This document shows positions 19,950 to 35,198 of a stretch of DNA of 64,000 bases, piece by piece. The DNA lies in assembly GCA_963828255.1 (NCBI GenBank), contig CAWHDZ010000011.1:32001-96000 (forward strand). The letters are read 5' to 3'. Position 1 is the stretch's first letter, and every line of letters begins with the position of its first letter. A program made the translations under genes and the position numbers. Source of the stretch: an uncultured delta proteobacterium (lineage in GTDB: Bacteria; Myxococcota; Myxococcia; Myxococcales; Anaeromyxobacteraceae). Below the pieces are notes generated by a model. The model was not told where the DNA came from, did not search any database, and saw nothing but the letters and a program-made list of their open reading frames with translations.

Positions 19950-21314
19950 TCAGCTCTCCCCGAAGCGGGCCGCGACGGCTTCCTGCACCGCCGCGAGCGT
20001 GGCCGCGAGTTTCACCGGAGGATTGCGCAGCGCGGGGCGCAGGCCGGGGATGGTCCCCTCGTGGTACCCGACCTTGAAGTCGGAGAACTTGAGGCCGTGG
20101 GCCGTGGAGATGACCACCACCCGTTCCTGGGGCTTCACCACTCCGCGCGCCGCCAGCTTCTCGAGCGCCGCGAGCGCCACCCCGGTGTGCGGGCAGGCGA
20201 AGGCGCCCGAGAGGTCGGCCCGCGCCGCCGCGTCGGCCAGTTCCTGCTCGCTGGCCTGCTCGACCAGCCCGTCGAGCGCCTGGATGGCGCGCAACGCGCG
20301 CTTCGCCGAGACCGGGGCGCCGATCTGGATGGCGCTGGCCAGGGTGGTCCGGGCCTGGATGGCCTCGACCCGGACGTCCGGATCGGCCCGCCCCGCCCGC
20401 TCGACCGCCCGGTACAGCGGGTTGGCGTTCTCGGCCTGGGCGACGACGAGGCGCGGGAGGCGGTCGAGGAGCCCGAGCTCCTTCATGAGGAGGAAGCCCT
20501 TGCCGAGGGCGCCGGCGTTCCCCAGGTTGCCCCCGGGGATGATCACCCAGTCGGGCGCGGACCAGCCGAGCTGCTGGGCCACCTCGACCGCGACCGTCTT
20601 CTGCCCCTCGATGCGCAGCGAGTTCATCGAGTTCGCCAGGTAGATGTCCGGCGTGAGGGAGAGTTCCTGGACCACCCGCATGCAGCCGTCGAAGTCGGTG
20701 TCGAGCTCGAGGACCAGCGCACCGTTCGAGACGGGCTGGATGAGCTGGGCGGTGGAGATCTTGCCGCGCGGGAGGAGCACGACCGAGGGGATGCCGGAGG
20801 CGGCGCAGTAGGCCGCCAGGGCGGCGCTGGTGTCCCCGGTGGAGGCGCAGGCCACGGCGCGGATGGGCACGCCGCGGGCGCGCATCTCCTTCACCGCGGA
20901 GACGAGCACCGTCATGCCCAGGTCCTTGAACGACCCGGTGTGGGTGACGCCGCACTCCTTCAGCCAGACGTCGCGGAGCCCGATCTCCCGGGCATAGCGG
21001 TCGAGGCGCAAGAGCGGCGTGCCCCCCTCGTACATCGAGACCACGTTCTCGACGGCGAGCTGCGGGTAGACCCACTCCTTCTTTCCCCACACCCCCGAAC
21101 CAAGCGGCCAGGCGCCCCCGCGAAAACGCCCCTCGAAGAGCGCCTTCCAGTCGGCCGCGGGGACCGCGCGGAGGGCGTCGAGGTCGTGCTCCACCTCGAG
21201 GAGCCCCTGGCAGCGCGGGCAGCGGTAGACGACCTCGGTGAGGGGGGCGCGAAAGGCGCAGCCCTCGGCGCAGCGGAACCACGCGGAGAAGTCGGGTTTG
21301 GTGGATGGGGTCAT
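19950..21314 (-). CDS. thrC: Threonine synthase
   Basis: EGGTPL, HTGSFKDLG, CASTGDTSAA, PGGNLGN, STAHGLKF; N-terminal Cys motifs. Confidence 0.95.
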   Translation of the reverse strand: MTPSTKPDFSAWFRCAEGCAFRAPLTEVVYRCPRCQGLLEVEHDLDALRAVPAADWKALFEGRFRGGAWPLGSGVWGKKEWVYPQLAVENVVSMYEGGTPLLRLDRYAREIGLRDVWLKECGVTHTGSFKDLGMTVLVSAVKEMRARGVPIRAVACASTGDTSAALAAYCAASGIPSVVLLPRGKISTAQLIQPVSNGALVLELDTDFDGCMRVVQELSLTPDIYLANSMNSLRIEGQKTVAVEVAQQLGWSAPDWVIIPGGNLGNAGALGKGFLLMKELGLLDRLPRLVVAQAENANPLYRAVERAGRADPDVRVEAIQARTTLASAIQIGAPVSAKRALRAIQALDGLVEQASEQELADAAARADLSGAFACPHTGVALAALEKLAARGVVKPQERVVVISTAHGLKFSDFKVGYHEGTIPGLRPALRNPPVKLAATLAAVQEAVAARFGES

Positions 21315-21373
21315 GGCGGCGGGCGGATCAATCTGCCGAAGGTCGTCGGGGATGGCAAGGGTGGCGCGGCGGG

Positions 21374-21847
21374 TCAGCGGGAGACCCGGGCGCCGCAGCC
21401 CGGACAGGACGGTCCCGTCACCGGGGTGGAGCAATCGCTGCAGAGCCTGACCTCGAGGGGAGGAGCCGCCCCACCGCCTGGAGCGGTCGGCAACCGCATC
21501 CCGCAGTGGCCGCAGAAGGCCTCCCCGGGGGGGGCCGGGTTCTGGCAGTAGCGGCAGGTCGCCACCGGCTCCGGTCCGGGCATCGGGTCGTCCGGGATCC
21601 CCTCGGCGTCGGTGGGCATGAAGTCTTCCATCGCCTCCACCACCACCTGGACGGGGTCCTGGGTGGTCGCCTCGAGCTCGGGAAATCGTTCCGCTTCGGC
21701 CGATGCCGGCGGGAGCATCGTCGCCTCAAGCCCCTCGAGCGGCTCGACCGGGACCGGCGTCCGTTCCCCCACCGGAAATGGATGGCCGCAGAGATCGCAG
21801 GCTTCCCCGGCGGGCTGGACGTTCTCGCACAGCGCGCAGGCGGGCAT
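21374..21847 (-). CDS. Multi zinc-ribbon protein
   Basis: Six CxxC motifs (CALC, CDLC, CRYC, CGHC, CSDC, CPGC) with an acidic linker. Confidence 0.75.
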   Translation of the reverse strand: MPACALCENVQPAGEACDLCGHPFPVGERTPVPVEPLEGLEATMLPPASAEAERFPELEATTQDPVQVVVEAMEDFMPTDAEGIPDDPMPGPEPVATCRYCQNPAPPGEAFCGHCGMRLPTAPGGGAAPPLEVRLCSDCSTPVTGPSCPGCGARVSR

Positions 21848-21884
21848 GCCGGGATGATACCAGCGCCGGAGGGCGGTGGGGCAG

Positions 21885-24395
<2,511 letters not shown>

Positions 24396-24412
24396 CCCCC
24401 TCCCGTGCCTGC

Positions 24413-24919
24413 CTACTCCGGTTCGGAGGAGACCTGCTCCTCGACGAACTCGACGCTTCCGATCTCGTACTCCCGCTCCCCGCCGGGAGCGCGGACCCGG
24501 ACCACGTCCCCCTCGACCCTGCCGATGAGGGCGCGGGCGATGGGGCTGGTGACGCTGATCCTGCCCTGCTTCAGATCGGCCTCCAGCTCACCGACGATCC
24601 GGTACTGGACCTCGTCACCCGACTGGCTGTCGGTGAGGTGGACGGTGGCTCCGAAGACCACCCGGTCGCCGGAGAGCTTCGAGACGTCGATCACGTCGGC
24701 GGTGGCGATCCAGTGCTCCACCTGGGTGATGCGCCCCTCCACGTGCGACTGCTTCTCCTTGGCGGCGTGGTACTCGGCGTTCTCGGAGAGGTCGCCGTGG
24801 GCGCGGGCCTCGGCGATCTCCCGCACGATGCGCTGGCGCTCCACTCCCTTGAGCCGCTTCAGCTCCTGCTTCAGCTTGACGAGGCCGGAAGGGGTCATCG
24901 GCATGCGATCGCTGGGCAT
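24413..24919 (-). CDS. greA: Transcription elongation factor GreA
   Basis: AEARAHGDLSENAEYHAAKE, ISVTSPIARAL. Confidence 0.97.
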   Translation of the reverse strand: MPSDRMPMTPSGLVKLKQELKRLKGVERQRIVREIAEARAHGDLSENAEYHAAKEKQSHVEGRITQVEHWIATADVIDVSKLSGDRVVFGATVHLTDSQSGDEVQYRIVGELEADLKQGRISVTSPIARALIGRVEGDVVRVRAPGGEREYEIGSVEFVEEQVSSEPE

Positions 24920-24926
24920 CCTCGTG

Positions 24927-28172
<3,246 letters not shown>

Positions 28173-28218
28173 CGGGGGCGGACCCTAACATGGGGGCGGC
28201 CCCCGGCGGGAGACCGCG

Positions 28219-29418
28219 CTACTCCAGGCTCTTCACCATCTCGGCGATGCGGTCCACGCCCTTGTCGATCTGGTCGAGCCCGATGGCGAAGGAGAGGCGC
28301 AGGTAGCCGGGCGCTCCGAAGGCCGAACCGGGGACCACGGCCACCTTGTGGTGGTCGAGCAGATGGGCGACGAACTTCTCGTCGGTCCCGATGGGCTCGG
28401 CCTGTCCGGGGATCTTCTTGCCGAGGAGGTTGCCGACGTAGGGGAAGGCGTAGAAGGCGCCTCCCGGGTCGAAGCAGGTGACGCCGGGGATGGCGTTGAG
28501 GCGCTTCACGATGTGCTGGCGCCGCTCGTCGAAGACCTTCCGCATGGCCTCCACCTCGGCGTCGAGGGGGAGCGTGAGCGCGCCGAGCGCCGCCTTCTGG
28601 GCGATGGAGTTGGGGTTGGACGTGGAGTTGTCCTGGAGCTTCTGCATTGCGCTGATGAGCGCCTGCGGCCCGGCCGTCCAGCCGATGCGCCAGCCGGTCA
28701 TGGCGTAGGTCTTGGAGACGCCGTTCACCAGCACCACCTGGGGGTGGAGGGTGGGGTCGACGGTGAGGACGTTCTCGAACCGCCCCTTGTAGACGAGACG
28801 GTCGTAGATGTCGTCGGTGACGACGAGGATGTCCTTGCCCTTCACCTCGTCGATGACGTTGCGCAGCGTGGCGCGCCCGAACACCGCCCCGGTGGGGTTG
28901 GAGGGGCTGTTCACGATGACCGCGCGGGTCTTCGGGCCGATGGCCTTCTTGATGGCCTCGTGGCTGGGCTCGAAGCCATCCTCGTGCCGGGTCGGGACGA
29001 TGACGGGGACGCCGTCGGCCAGCCGGACCATGTCGGCGTAGCTCACCCAGTACGGCGCGAAGATGACCACCTCGTCGCCGGGGTTGAGGAGCGCCTGGAA
29101 GAGGTTGTACAGGGCGTGCTTGCCTCCGCAGGAGACCAGCACCTCGGTGGCCTTGTAGGCGATGCCGTGCTCCTGGGCGATGCGCTTGGCGATGGCCTCG
29201 CGCAGCTCCGGGATGCCGTTCGTCGGGGTGTACTTGGTGAACCCGGCGTCGATGGCGGCGATGGCCGCCTGCTTGATGGCCTTGGGCGTGTCGAAGTCGG
29301 GCTCGCCGGCTCCGAAGCCGACCACGTCGATGCCCTTGGCCTTCAGCTCCTTCGCCTTGGCCGTGATGGCCAGGGTGGGGGACGGTTTCACAGCGTCGAG
29401 CCGCTTGGCGAGTCTCAT
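28219..29418 (-). CDS. aspC: PLP-dependent class I aspartate aminotransferase
   Basis: GEPDFDTP, NSPSNPTG, DDIY, SKTYAMTGWRIG. Confidence 0.9.
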   Translation of the reverse strand: MRLAKRLDAVKPSPTLAITAKAKELKAKGIDVVGFGAGEPDFDTPKAIKQAAIAAIDAGFTKYTPTNGIPELREAIAKRIAQEHGIAYKATEVLVSCGGKHALYNLFQALLNPGDEVVIFAPYWVSYADMVRLADGVPVIVPTRHEDGFEPSHEAIKKAIGPKTRAVIVNSPSNPTGAVFGRATLRNVIDEVKGKDILVVTDDIYDRLVYKGRFENVLTVDPTLHPQVVLVNGVSKTYAMTGWRIGWTAGPQALISAMQKLQDNSTSNPNSIAQKAALGALTLPLDAEVEAMRKVFDERRQHIVKRLNAIPGVTCFDPGGAFYAFPYVGNLLGKKIPGQAEPIGTDEKFVAHLLDHHKVAVVPGSAFGAPGYLRLSFAIGLDQIDKGVDRIAEMVKSLE

Positions 29419-29478
29419 CCTCGTGTTCTCCTGGGGCGAAGGGGGAGCGCGAATGGGGCGGAGCAGGATACCAACTCT

Positions 29479-29964
29479 CTACCGGGGCGGGAACTTCTTG
29501 CGCAGCCCCTCGGACACGATGGCCGGGACGAGGCCGGAGACGTCGCCCCCGTAGCTCGCCACCTCCCGGACCAGGCTGCCGGTCACGTAGAAGTAGTCCT
29601 GGCCGGTCATGACGAAGACCGACTCGAAATCGGGGTCGAGCTTGGAGTTCATGTTGGCCAGCTGGAACTCGTACTCGAAGTCGGAGACGGCCCGGAGCCC
29701 GCGCAGGACCGTGTGGATCTTGCGCTTCTTGGCGTAGTCCACGAGCAGGGTCTCGAAGTGGTCCACCTCGACCCGGGGGTCGGCGCCGACGGATGCGCGG
29801 ATGAACTGCTTGCGCTCCTCGAGTGTGAAGAGCGCCTTCTTCGAGGCGTTGTTGGCCACCGCCACCACCAGGCCGTCGAAGATCTTGAGCCCGCGCTGGA
29901 TGAGCGACAGGTGGCCGTTGGTGAGGGGATCGAAGGAGCCGGGGTAGATGGCGAGCCGGGGCAT
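29479..29964 (-). CDS. coaD: Phosphopantetheine adenylyltransferase
   Basis: [26 protein letters not shown]. Confidence 0.97.
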   Translation of the reverse strand: MPRLAIYPGSFDPLTNGHLSLIQRGLKIFDGLVVAVANNASKKALFTLEERKQFIRASVGADPRVEVDHFETLLVDYAKKRKIHTVLRGLRAVSDFEYEFQLANMNSKLDPDFESVFVMTGQDYFYVTGSLVREVASYGGDVSGLVPAIVSEGLRKKFPPR

Positions 29965-29980
29965 CGCGGCGGAGTATCCC

Positions 29981-30517
29981 CTACTCCCTGCGATAGATCG
30001 AGATTCCCGTGTCGCCGTAGGCGCGCCGGTCCTCGAGGACGAGCCCGCCCACCCGGTCGGGTGGCGGGGAGCGCCGGTCGTGCTCGGCCACCACCCCCGC
30101 CCCGGGACGCAGCACCCGGTCGAGGGAGGCCAGCGCCGCGCCGGGCCCCTCGGAGTACGGGGGATCGACGAAGGCCAGGTCGAAGCCGGCGGACGGCAGC
30201 GCCGGGAGGGCGTCGGCGACCCTTCGCCGGAGCACCGTGACCCGGGTCGAGAAGCCGCAGGTCGCCGCGTTCCGGGCGATGACCTCGGCCGCGCCCGGGG
30301 AGGAATCGATGCAGGTCGCATCGGCGCATCCCCGGGAGAGGGCCTCGAGGGCCAGGGCCCCGGTCCCGGCGTAGAGGTCGAGCACCCTTCCCCCGTCGAA
30401 GAACTGCCCGAGCACGTTGAAGACGGCGCCGCGGACCTTGTCGCTGGTGGGCCGGGTGGCGTCCCCGGCGGGAATCGCCAGGCGTCGCCCGCGCGCCGTC
30501 CCGGCCACGATCCGCAC
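29981..30517 (-). CDS. rsmD: 16S rRNA m2G966 methyltransferase
   Basis: [43 protein letters not shown]. Confidence 0.95.
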   Translation of the reverse strand: MRIVAGTARGRRLAIPAGDATRPTSDKVRGAVFNVLGQFFDGGRVLDLYAGTGALALEALSRGCADATCIDSSPGAAEVIARNAATCGFSTRVTVLRRRVADALPALPSAGFDLAFVDPPYSEGPGAALASLDRVLRPGAGVVAEHDRRSPPPDRVGGLVLEDRRAYGDTGISIYRRE

Positions 30518-30521
30518 CGCA

Positions 30522-31514
30522 CTAGCTCCCCGCCGCGTGGGGCGCGCAGCGGTGCTCCGGGGCGTGGCCGTGGGCGTCCACGTCGTCGTAGAGGTGGGCG
30601 TAGCCGGCCGACTCGATCTGGATGGTGGTGTGGTCGATGGCGAACCGCTCCCGCAGCCGGCCCTTCACGTCGTCGAGGATGGCGTCGTTCCGCCCCAGGT
30701 CCCCCTCCGCCACCACCACGTGGGCCGAGAGGGCGTGGTGGCCGCTCGAGATGGTCCAGACGTGCAGGTCGTGGACCGCGAGGACGCCCGCGACCTCGCC
30801 CATGGCGCCGCACACCTCGTCGATGGCGAGGTGACGCGGCACGGCCTCCATGAGGATGTCGGCGATCTCGAGCGAGAGGCGCAGCGCGCCCCAGAGGATG
30901 AGGAGCGAGATGCAGAGCGAGAGCACCGGGTCGATGAAGGTCCAGGAGGGCTCGAGCCACATGGCCGCGGCGCCGGCCAGGACCACCACCGAGGAGACCG
31001 CGTCCCCCAGCACGTGCAGGAAGGCCGAGCGGGCGTTCAGGCTGTGGTCGGAGTGGAGCCAGCGCAGGACCACCAGGTTGGCCAGGAGCCCGACCGCGGC
31101 AACGGCGGCCATGACGCCGAGTTGGATCCGATCGCCGGGGTGGCGCAGCCGGTCCACGGCCTCCCAGACGATCCAGGCGGTCAGGACCACCAGCGCCGCC
31201 ACGTTGGCCTGGGCGGCCAGCACCTCGGCGCGCCGGAAGCCGAAGGTGCGCTTCTCGTCGGCGGGGCGGGAGGCGAAGCGGACCGCGAGCAGGGCCAGCC
31301 CCAGCGCCGCCACGTCGGTGAGCATGTGACCTGCGTCGGAGACGAGCGCCAGCGACCCGGAGAGGAGCCCTCCCACCGCCTCGGCGACCATGATGCCGGC
31401 GGTGACGACGAGCGAGAGCAGGAGCCGCCGCGCGCTCCGGGCCGTGGACGCACCGTGGGCTCCGGCTGCGTGGTCGTGGTCGTGATCGGAAGAATGGTCG
31501 TGGGCGTGCGCCAT
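30522..31514 (-). CDS. CDF family Zn/Co/Cd efflux transporter (CzcD/ZitB-like)
   Basis: [43 protein letters not shown]; His-rich termini. Confidence 0.93.
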   Translation of the reverse strand: MAHAHDHSSDHDHDHAAGAHGASTARSARRLLLSLVVTAGIMVAEAVGGLLSGSLALVSDAGHMLTDVAALGLALLAVRFASRPADEKRTFGFRRAEVLAAQANVAALVVLTAWIVWEAVDRLRHPGDRIQLGVMAAVAAVGLLANLVVLRWLHSDHSLNARSAFLHVLGDAVSSVVVLAGAAAMWLEPSWTFIDPVLSLCISLLILWGALRLSLEIADILMEAVPRHLAIDEVCGAMGEVAGVLAVHDLHVWTISSGHHALSAHVVVAEGDLGRNDAILDDVKGRLRERFAIDHTTIQIESAGYAHLYDDVDAHGHAPEHRCAPHAAGS

Positions 31515-31571
31515 GGTGCTTGGCGCAGTCTAATCCAGTCGTCTAGCATCGGCACCGCCACCGAGCACGCA

Positions 31572-34500
31572 TTGACCCGAGCCGCCCGAATCCTCGCCTT
31601 CGTCCTCGCCCTCGCCCCGGGGCTGGCCTCCGGCCAGTACGACCCGTCGTTGCGCTGGAGCACGCTCGAGACGCCCCACTTCCGCGTCCACCACTCCGAG
31701 GGGGCGGAGGCGCTGGCCCAGCGCACGGCCGGAGCGCTGGAGCGGGCGCGCGAGCTGCTGGCGCCGTACTTCCCGGCGCTTCCCACCGGCCGGACCGAGG
31801 TGGTGCTTGCCGACGACACCGACGAGGCCAACGGCCTCGCCACGATCTTCCCCTACGACGCCATTCGACTGGTGGCGACGCCGCCGGACTCGCTCTCCGA
31901 CCTGAACGACTTCGCCGACTGGCTCCTCTCCCTGGCCGCCCATGAATACGTGCACATCGTCCAGATGAACGTCCGCGGCGGCGTCCCGGCCGCGGTGGAC
32001 ACCGTCTTCGGCAAGATCCTCGTCCCCAACGCCATGGCCCCCCCCTGGCTCATCGAGGGCATGCCGGTGCTCCACGAGTCCGGGCCAGGGCATGGACGGA
32101 ACGCCAGCGCCCTCTTCGACATGTACACCCGGGCCATCGTGCTCGAGGGCGGGCTCTTCCCGCTGTCCGTGGTGTCGAACCCGCCGCTCGACTGGCCGCT
32201 CGGGAACATGTGGTACCTGCTGGGCGGTCGCTTCCTCTCCTTCCTCCACGAACGCAACGGCGCCGATGGGCTGCGGGCTTTCCTGGCCGGGCAGGGGCGC
32301 ATGGTGTGGCCGTACGCGGTGGGCGTGGTGGCCGAGGACACCCTGGGTGGAAAGGACTTCCCGGCGCTCTGGAGCGAGTTCGGGAAGGCCCTGCGCGACC
32401 GGTACGAGGCCCAGATGGCCGAGGTCCGGCGTTCGCCGGTCACCGACCCCGCCTGGATCACCCGCCGCGGCGCCCGGGTCCACCACCCGCGCTGGTCGCC
32501 GGACGGGACCTTCGTGGCCTTCTGGGACCGGGGGCTCGACGGACCGCAGGGCATCCGGCGCGCCACGCCCGAGGGGCTGGACCTGGGGCTCGCCGCCGAG
32601 ATCCCGGCCAACGGCACCTTCGCGCTCCTCTCGCCCACCGAGGCGGTGGTGGCCGTCCAGGATTACTACCGGTACTACTGGCTGTGGAGCGACCTGTGGC
32701 GCGTGGACCTCGACACCGGGCGCAGGACCCGGCTCACCGAGGGGAAGCGGGCCACCGACCCGGACGTCGTCCCGGGCGGCGCCTTCGTGGTCTACGTGGC
32801 GCGCGTGGCCCCCGGGGAGATGGCGCTGGAGCGGCTCTGGCTCGCCGACGGGACCACCGAGACCCTGTTCCACCTGCCCGGCGCCCAGATCTACCTGCCG
32901 CGGCTGTCCCCGGACTGCCTGCGCATCGCCTTCGAGATCCAGGTGGGGGCGAGGCGGGACATCGCCGTCTGGGAGGACGGGCGGGTGGCGCGCGTGACCG
33001 ACGACGACGCGCTCGACACCAGCCCGGAGTGGCTCCCCGACGGTCGCCTCCTCTTCTCCTCCGACCGCACCGGGATCTACGACCTCCACCTCTTCGAGCC
33101 GGGGCCCGGCGGCTGGCGCTCCGCCGTCGCGACGGCGCCCGCCCCGCTCCTCCCCCCCGAGCCGGGCACCCTCCTCTCCCTCGTGCCGCCCTTCCCCCGC
33201 ACGGCGGCGCCTCACGTCCCGCCGACCCCGGGACCGCCCCTCCCGTCCATCCTCGTCGTCCCCGGGACGGTGCGCCGGGTGACCAACTCCGGGACGGGCG
33301 CCATGCAGCCCGCCGTCTCCCCCGACGGGCGCCGGGTGGTCTACGTCTCCTACTCCCGCGCCGGATACGACCTGGCCCACCTCGATCTCCCGCCCGGTCC
33401 GCTCCCGGAGGCCCTTCCCGCCCCGCCCCGCCCCGCCGGGATCGACTACGACCGCGACCCCGGCTTCCCGGCCGTCCCCTACGACCCGCTCCCCATGCTG
33501 CTGCCCCGCTACTGGCTGCCGGTCTTCGGCTGGGACGCCGCTGGTTTCACGCTGGGTGCCATCTCCTCGGCGTCGGACGTGGTCGGTCTCCACTCCTGGG
33601 CCGCCGATCTCCGCTGGAGCTTCGGGACCGCCTCGCCGGTCTACGACGCCGCCTACGTGGGGGAGTGGCTGCGGACCCCGCTCCTGCTCGGGTCCTCCCG
33701 ATGGATCAGCTCCGCCCCCTACCTGGAAGGGGTGAACCAGGAGGTCTGGACCCCGCTGCAGGCATCGATCCTTCTGCCCATCCGCCAGCTCTACCGCCGC
33801 CTCTCCGTCTCGCTCGGGTGGGCCGGCACCTTCTACCGGGCGCTGAACCCGCCCCCGGGGCCGCTTCCCCTCCAGGACGGGTTCCGAAGCATGGTGAGCG
33901 GGAGCATCGCCTTCGACAACACCCGCCGGTTCGTGAACAGCATCTCGCGCATCTCGGGATTCCAGGCCTCGGTGGCGGCCGGCGTGACCTCGCCGGTGCT
34001 CGGCAGCGACTTCGATTACGTCTGGGGCAAGGTGGCCTGGAACGGTTACCAGCGCGTCCCCGGAACGAAGCAGTGGGTGCTGGCCCTCCACCTCGCGGCC
34101 GGGCTCTCGGAGGGGACGTTCGGAGGGCAGTACCCGTTCTCCCTCGGCGGCGTCCCGCAGCCCGACGTGGCCGGACTGCTCCTCTCCGCCCTCGGCTTCG
34201 CCAGCACCGGCTCCCAGCCGGATCAGCTGCGCGGCTATCCCTCGGGGATCTTCCAGGGCAGCAAGCTCGCCTCCGGGACCTTCGAGCTGCGCTTCCCCAT
34301 CGCCGCGCCACAATGGGGCTACTCGACCTGGCCCTTCTTCGTGCGCCGGATCTCCGGCTCGCTCTTCCTCGACGCCGGGAACGCCTGGGTGCCGATGGAG
34401 GGCATCCCCTGGCTGGAGCGCATCCGATTCGGCACGGGAGCGGAGGTCGCCGTGGAACTGGTGCTGGGCTTCTACCTGCCGGTGTTGCTGCGCGTGGGGC

Positions 34501-34595
34501 TCGGCCAGGGGCTCGGACGGCTGCTCGCCCCGGCGGGCGCGCCGGACCCGTACGCGGAGACCCAGGTCTACGTGACGCTGGGGGAGAGCTTCTAG
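31572..34595 (+). CDS. Omp85/BamA-family outer-membrane protein with N-terminal zinc-peptidase-like domain and TolB/PD40 beta-propeller
   Basis: Signal peptide, HEYVH..EG, PRWSPDG/PAVSPDG repeats, LRGY, ELRFP, FLDAGNAW, terminal F; TTG start inferred. Confidence 0.8.
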   Translation: MTRAARILAFVLALAPGLASGQYDPSLRWSTLETPHFRVHHSEGAEALAQRTAGALERARELLAPYFPALPTGRTEVVLADDTDEANGLATIFPYDAIRLVATPPDSLSDLNDFADWLLSLAAHEYVHIVQMNVRGGVPAAVDTVFGKILVPNAMAPPWLIEGMPVLHESGPGHGRNASALFDMYTRAIVLEGGLFPLSVVSNPPLDWPLGNMWYLLGGRFLSFLHERNGADGLRAFLAGQGRMVWPYAVGVVAEDTLGGKDFPALWSEFGKALRDRYEAQMAEVRRSPVTDPAWITRRGARVHHPRWSPDGTFVAFWDRGLDGPQGIRRATPEGLDLGLAAEIPANGTFALLSPTEAVVAVQDYYRYYWLWSDLWRVDLDTGRRTRLTEGKRATDPDVVPGGAFVVYVARVAPGEMALERLWLADGTTETLFHLPGAQIYLPRLSPDCLRIAFEIQVGARRDIAVWEDGRVARVTDDDALDTSPEWLPDGRLLFSSDRTGIYDLHLFEPGPGGWRSAVATAPAPLLPPEPGTLLSLVPPFPRTAAPHVPPTPGPPLPSILVVPGTVRRVTNSGTGAMQPAVSPDGRRVVYVSYSRAGYDLAHLDLPPGPLPEALPAPPRPAGIDYDRDPGFPAVPYDPLPMLLPRYWLPVFGWDAAGFTLGAISSASDVVGLHSWAADLRWSFGTASPVYDAAYVGEWLRTPLLLGSSRWISSAPYLEGVNQEVWTPLQASILLPIRQLYRRLSVSLGWAGTFYRALNPPPGPLPLQDGFRSMVSGSIAFDNTRRFVNSISRISGFQASVAAGVTSPVLGSDFDYVWGKVAWNGYQRVPGTKQWVLALHLAAGLSEGTFGGQYPFSLGGVPQPDVAGLLLSALGFASTGSQPDQLRGYPSGIFQGSKLASGTFELRFPIAAPQWGYSTWPFFVRRISGSLFLDAGNAWVPMEGIPWLERIRFGTGAEVAVELVLGFYLPVLLRVGLGQGLGRLLAPAGAPDPYAETQVYVTLGESF

Positions 34596-34657
34596 GCGAG
34601 CCGTCGGCCTTGCGGGACCGGGCCAGCGGTGCTAGAAACCCCGCGTTTCTTGCCCTT

Positions 34658-34733
<76 letters not shown>

Positions 34734-34749
34734 GAACACGAGCACCTGG

Positions 34750-34793
34750 GCGGCCATCGGTAACCCTTTCGGGTTCGCCGGTGGCCGCTTTTT
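34750..34793 (+). terminator. Intrinsic terminator after tRNA-Thr
   Basis: GCGGCCATCGG...CCGGTGGCCGC stem followed by TTTTT. Confidence 0.85.
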
Positions 34794-34805
34794 CGCGCCC
34801 CGTTT

Positions 34806-34824
34806 GCCACACCTACGCCACACC
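34806..34824. repeat. Tandem direct repeat GCCACACC (possible integrase arm-type site)
   Basis: GCCACACC at 34806-13 and 34817-24; inverted GTGGCAA at 34826-32. Confidence 0.5.
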
Positions 34825-34864
34825 AGTGGCAAGATCGCGGTTCGAGGCCGACCCCTTCCACTAG

Positions 34865-35198
34865 GTTCCGCGCACCCAGGCCGGCAACGTGTGGGGACCG
34901 GCGGTCCTCGACTTCCTCCAGTTCCAGCGGTTCACCCAGGGCCGCACCGAGAAGTACGTCGACGAGCAGGCGCGCTACCTCCAGCGGTGGGGCGAGAGGA
35001 AGGCGTTCTTCGGGCTCGACTCCTTCACCCAGGACGAGGTCGAGGCCTTCCTGGCCGACCTCCAGAGGGGCGAGGTCACGACCAAGCTGGTCATCGCGCG
35101 CGACGAGGAGGGCCAGGGACCACGACCGAACGAAGAACACCGCCGACCTCCGCGTCCACCAAGTTCGCGAACCGAAGAAGAAGACCCCGAAGCGGCCC
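34865..35198 (+). pseudogene. Probable tyrosine-integrase core-binding-domain remnant
   Basis: AVLDFLQFQRFTQGRTEKYV..LDSFTQDEVEAFLADL with coding-like GC3; a shifted frame gives a linker-like VREPKKKTPKRP; no catalytic domain. Confidence 0.5.

Noticed and set aside
18934..21282. Apparent long fusions in the ORF track (tmk 782 aa, coaD 493 aa, glycerate kinase 920 aa, HMT 769 aa, SCP2 698 aa, NlpC 874 aa)
   Set aside because: The upstream parts are stop-free off-frames of neighbouring genes; the real starts are internal.
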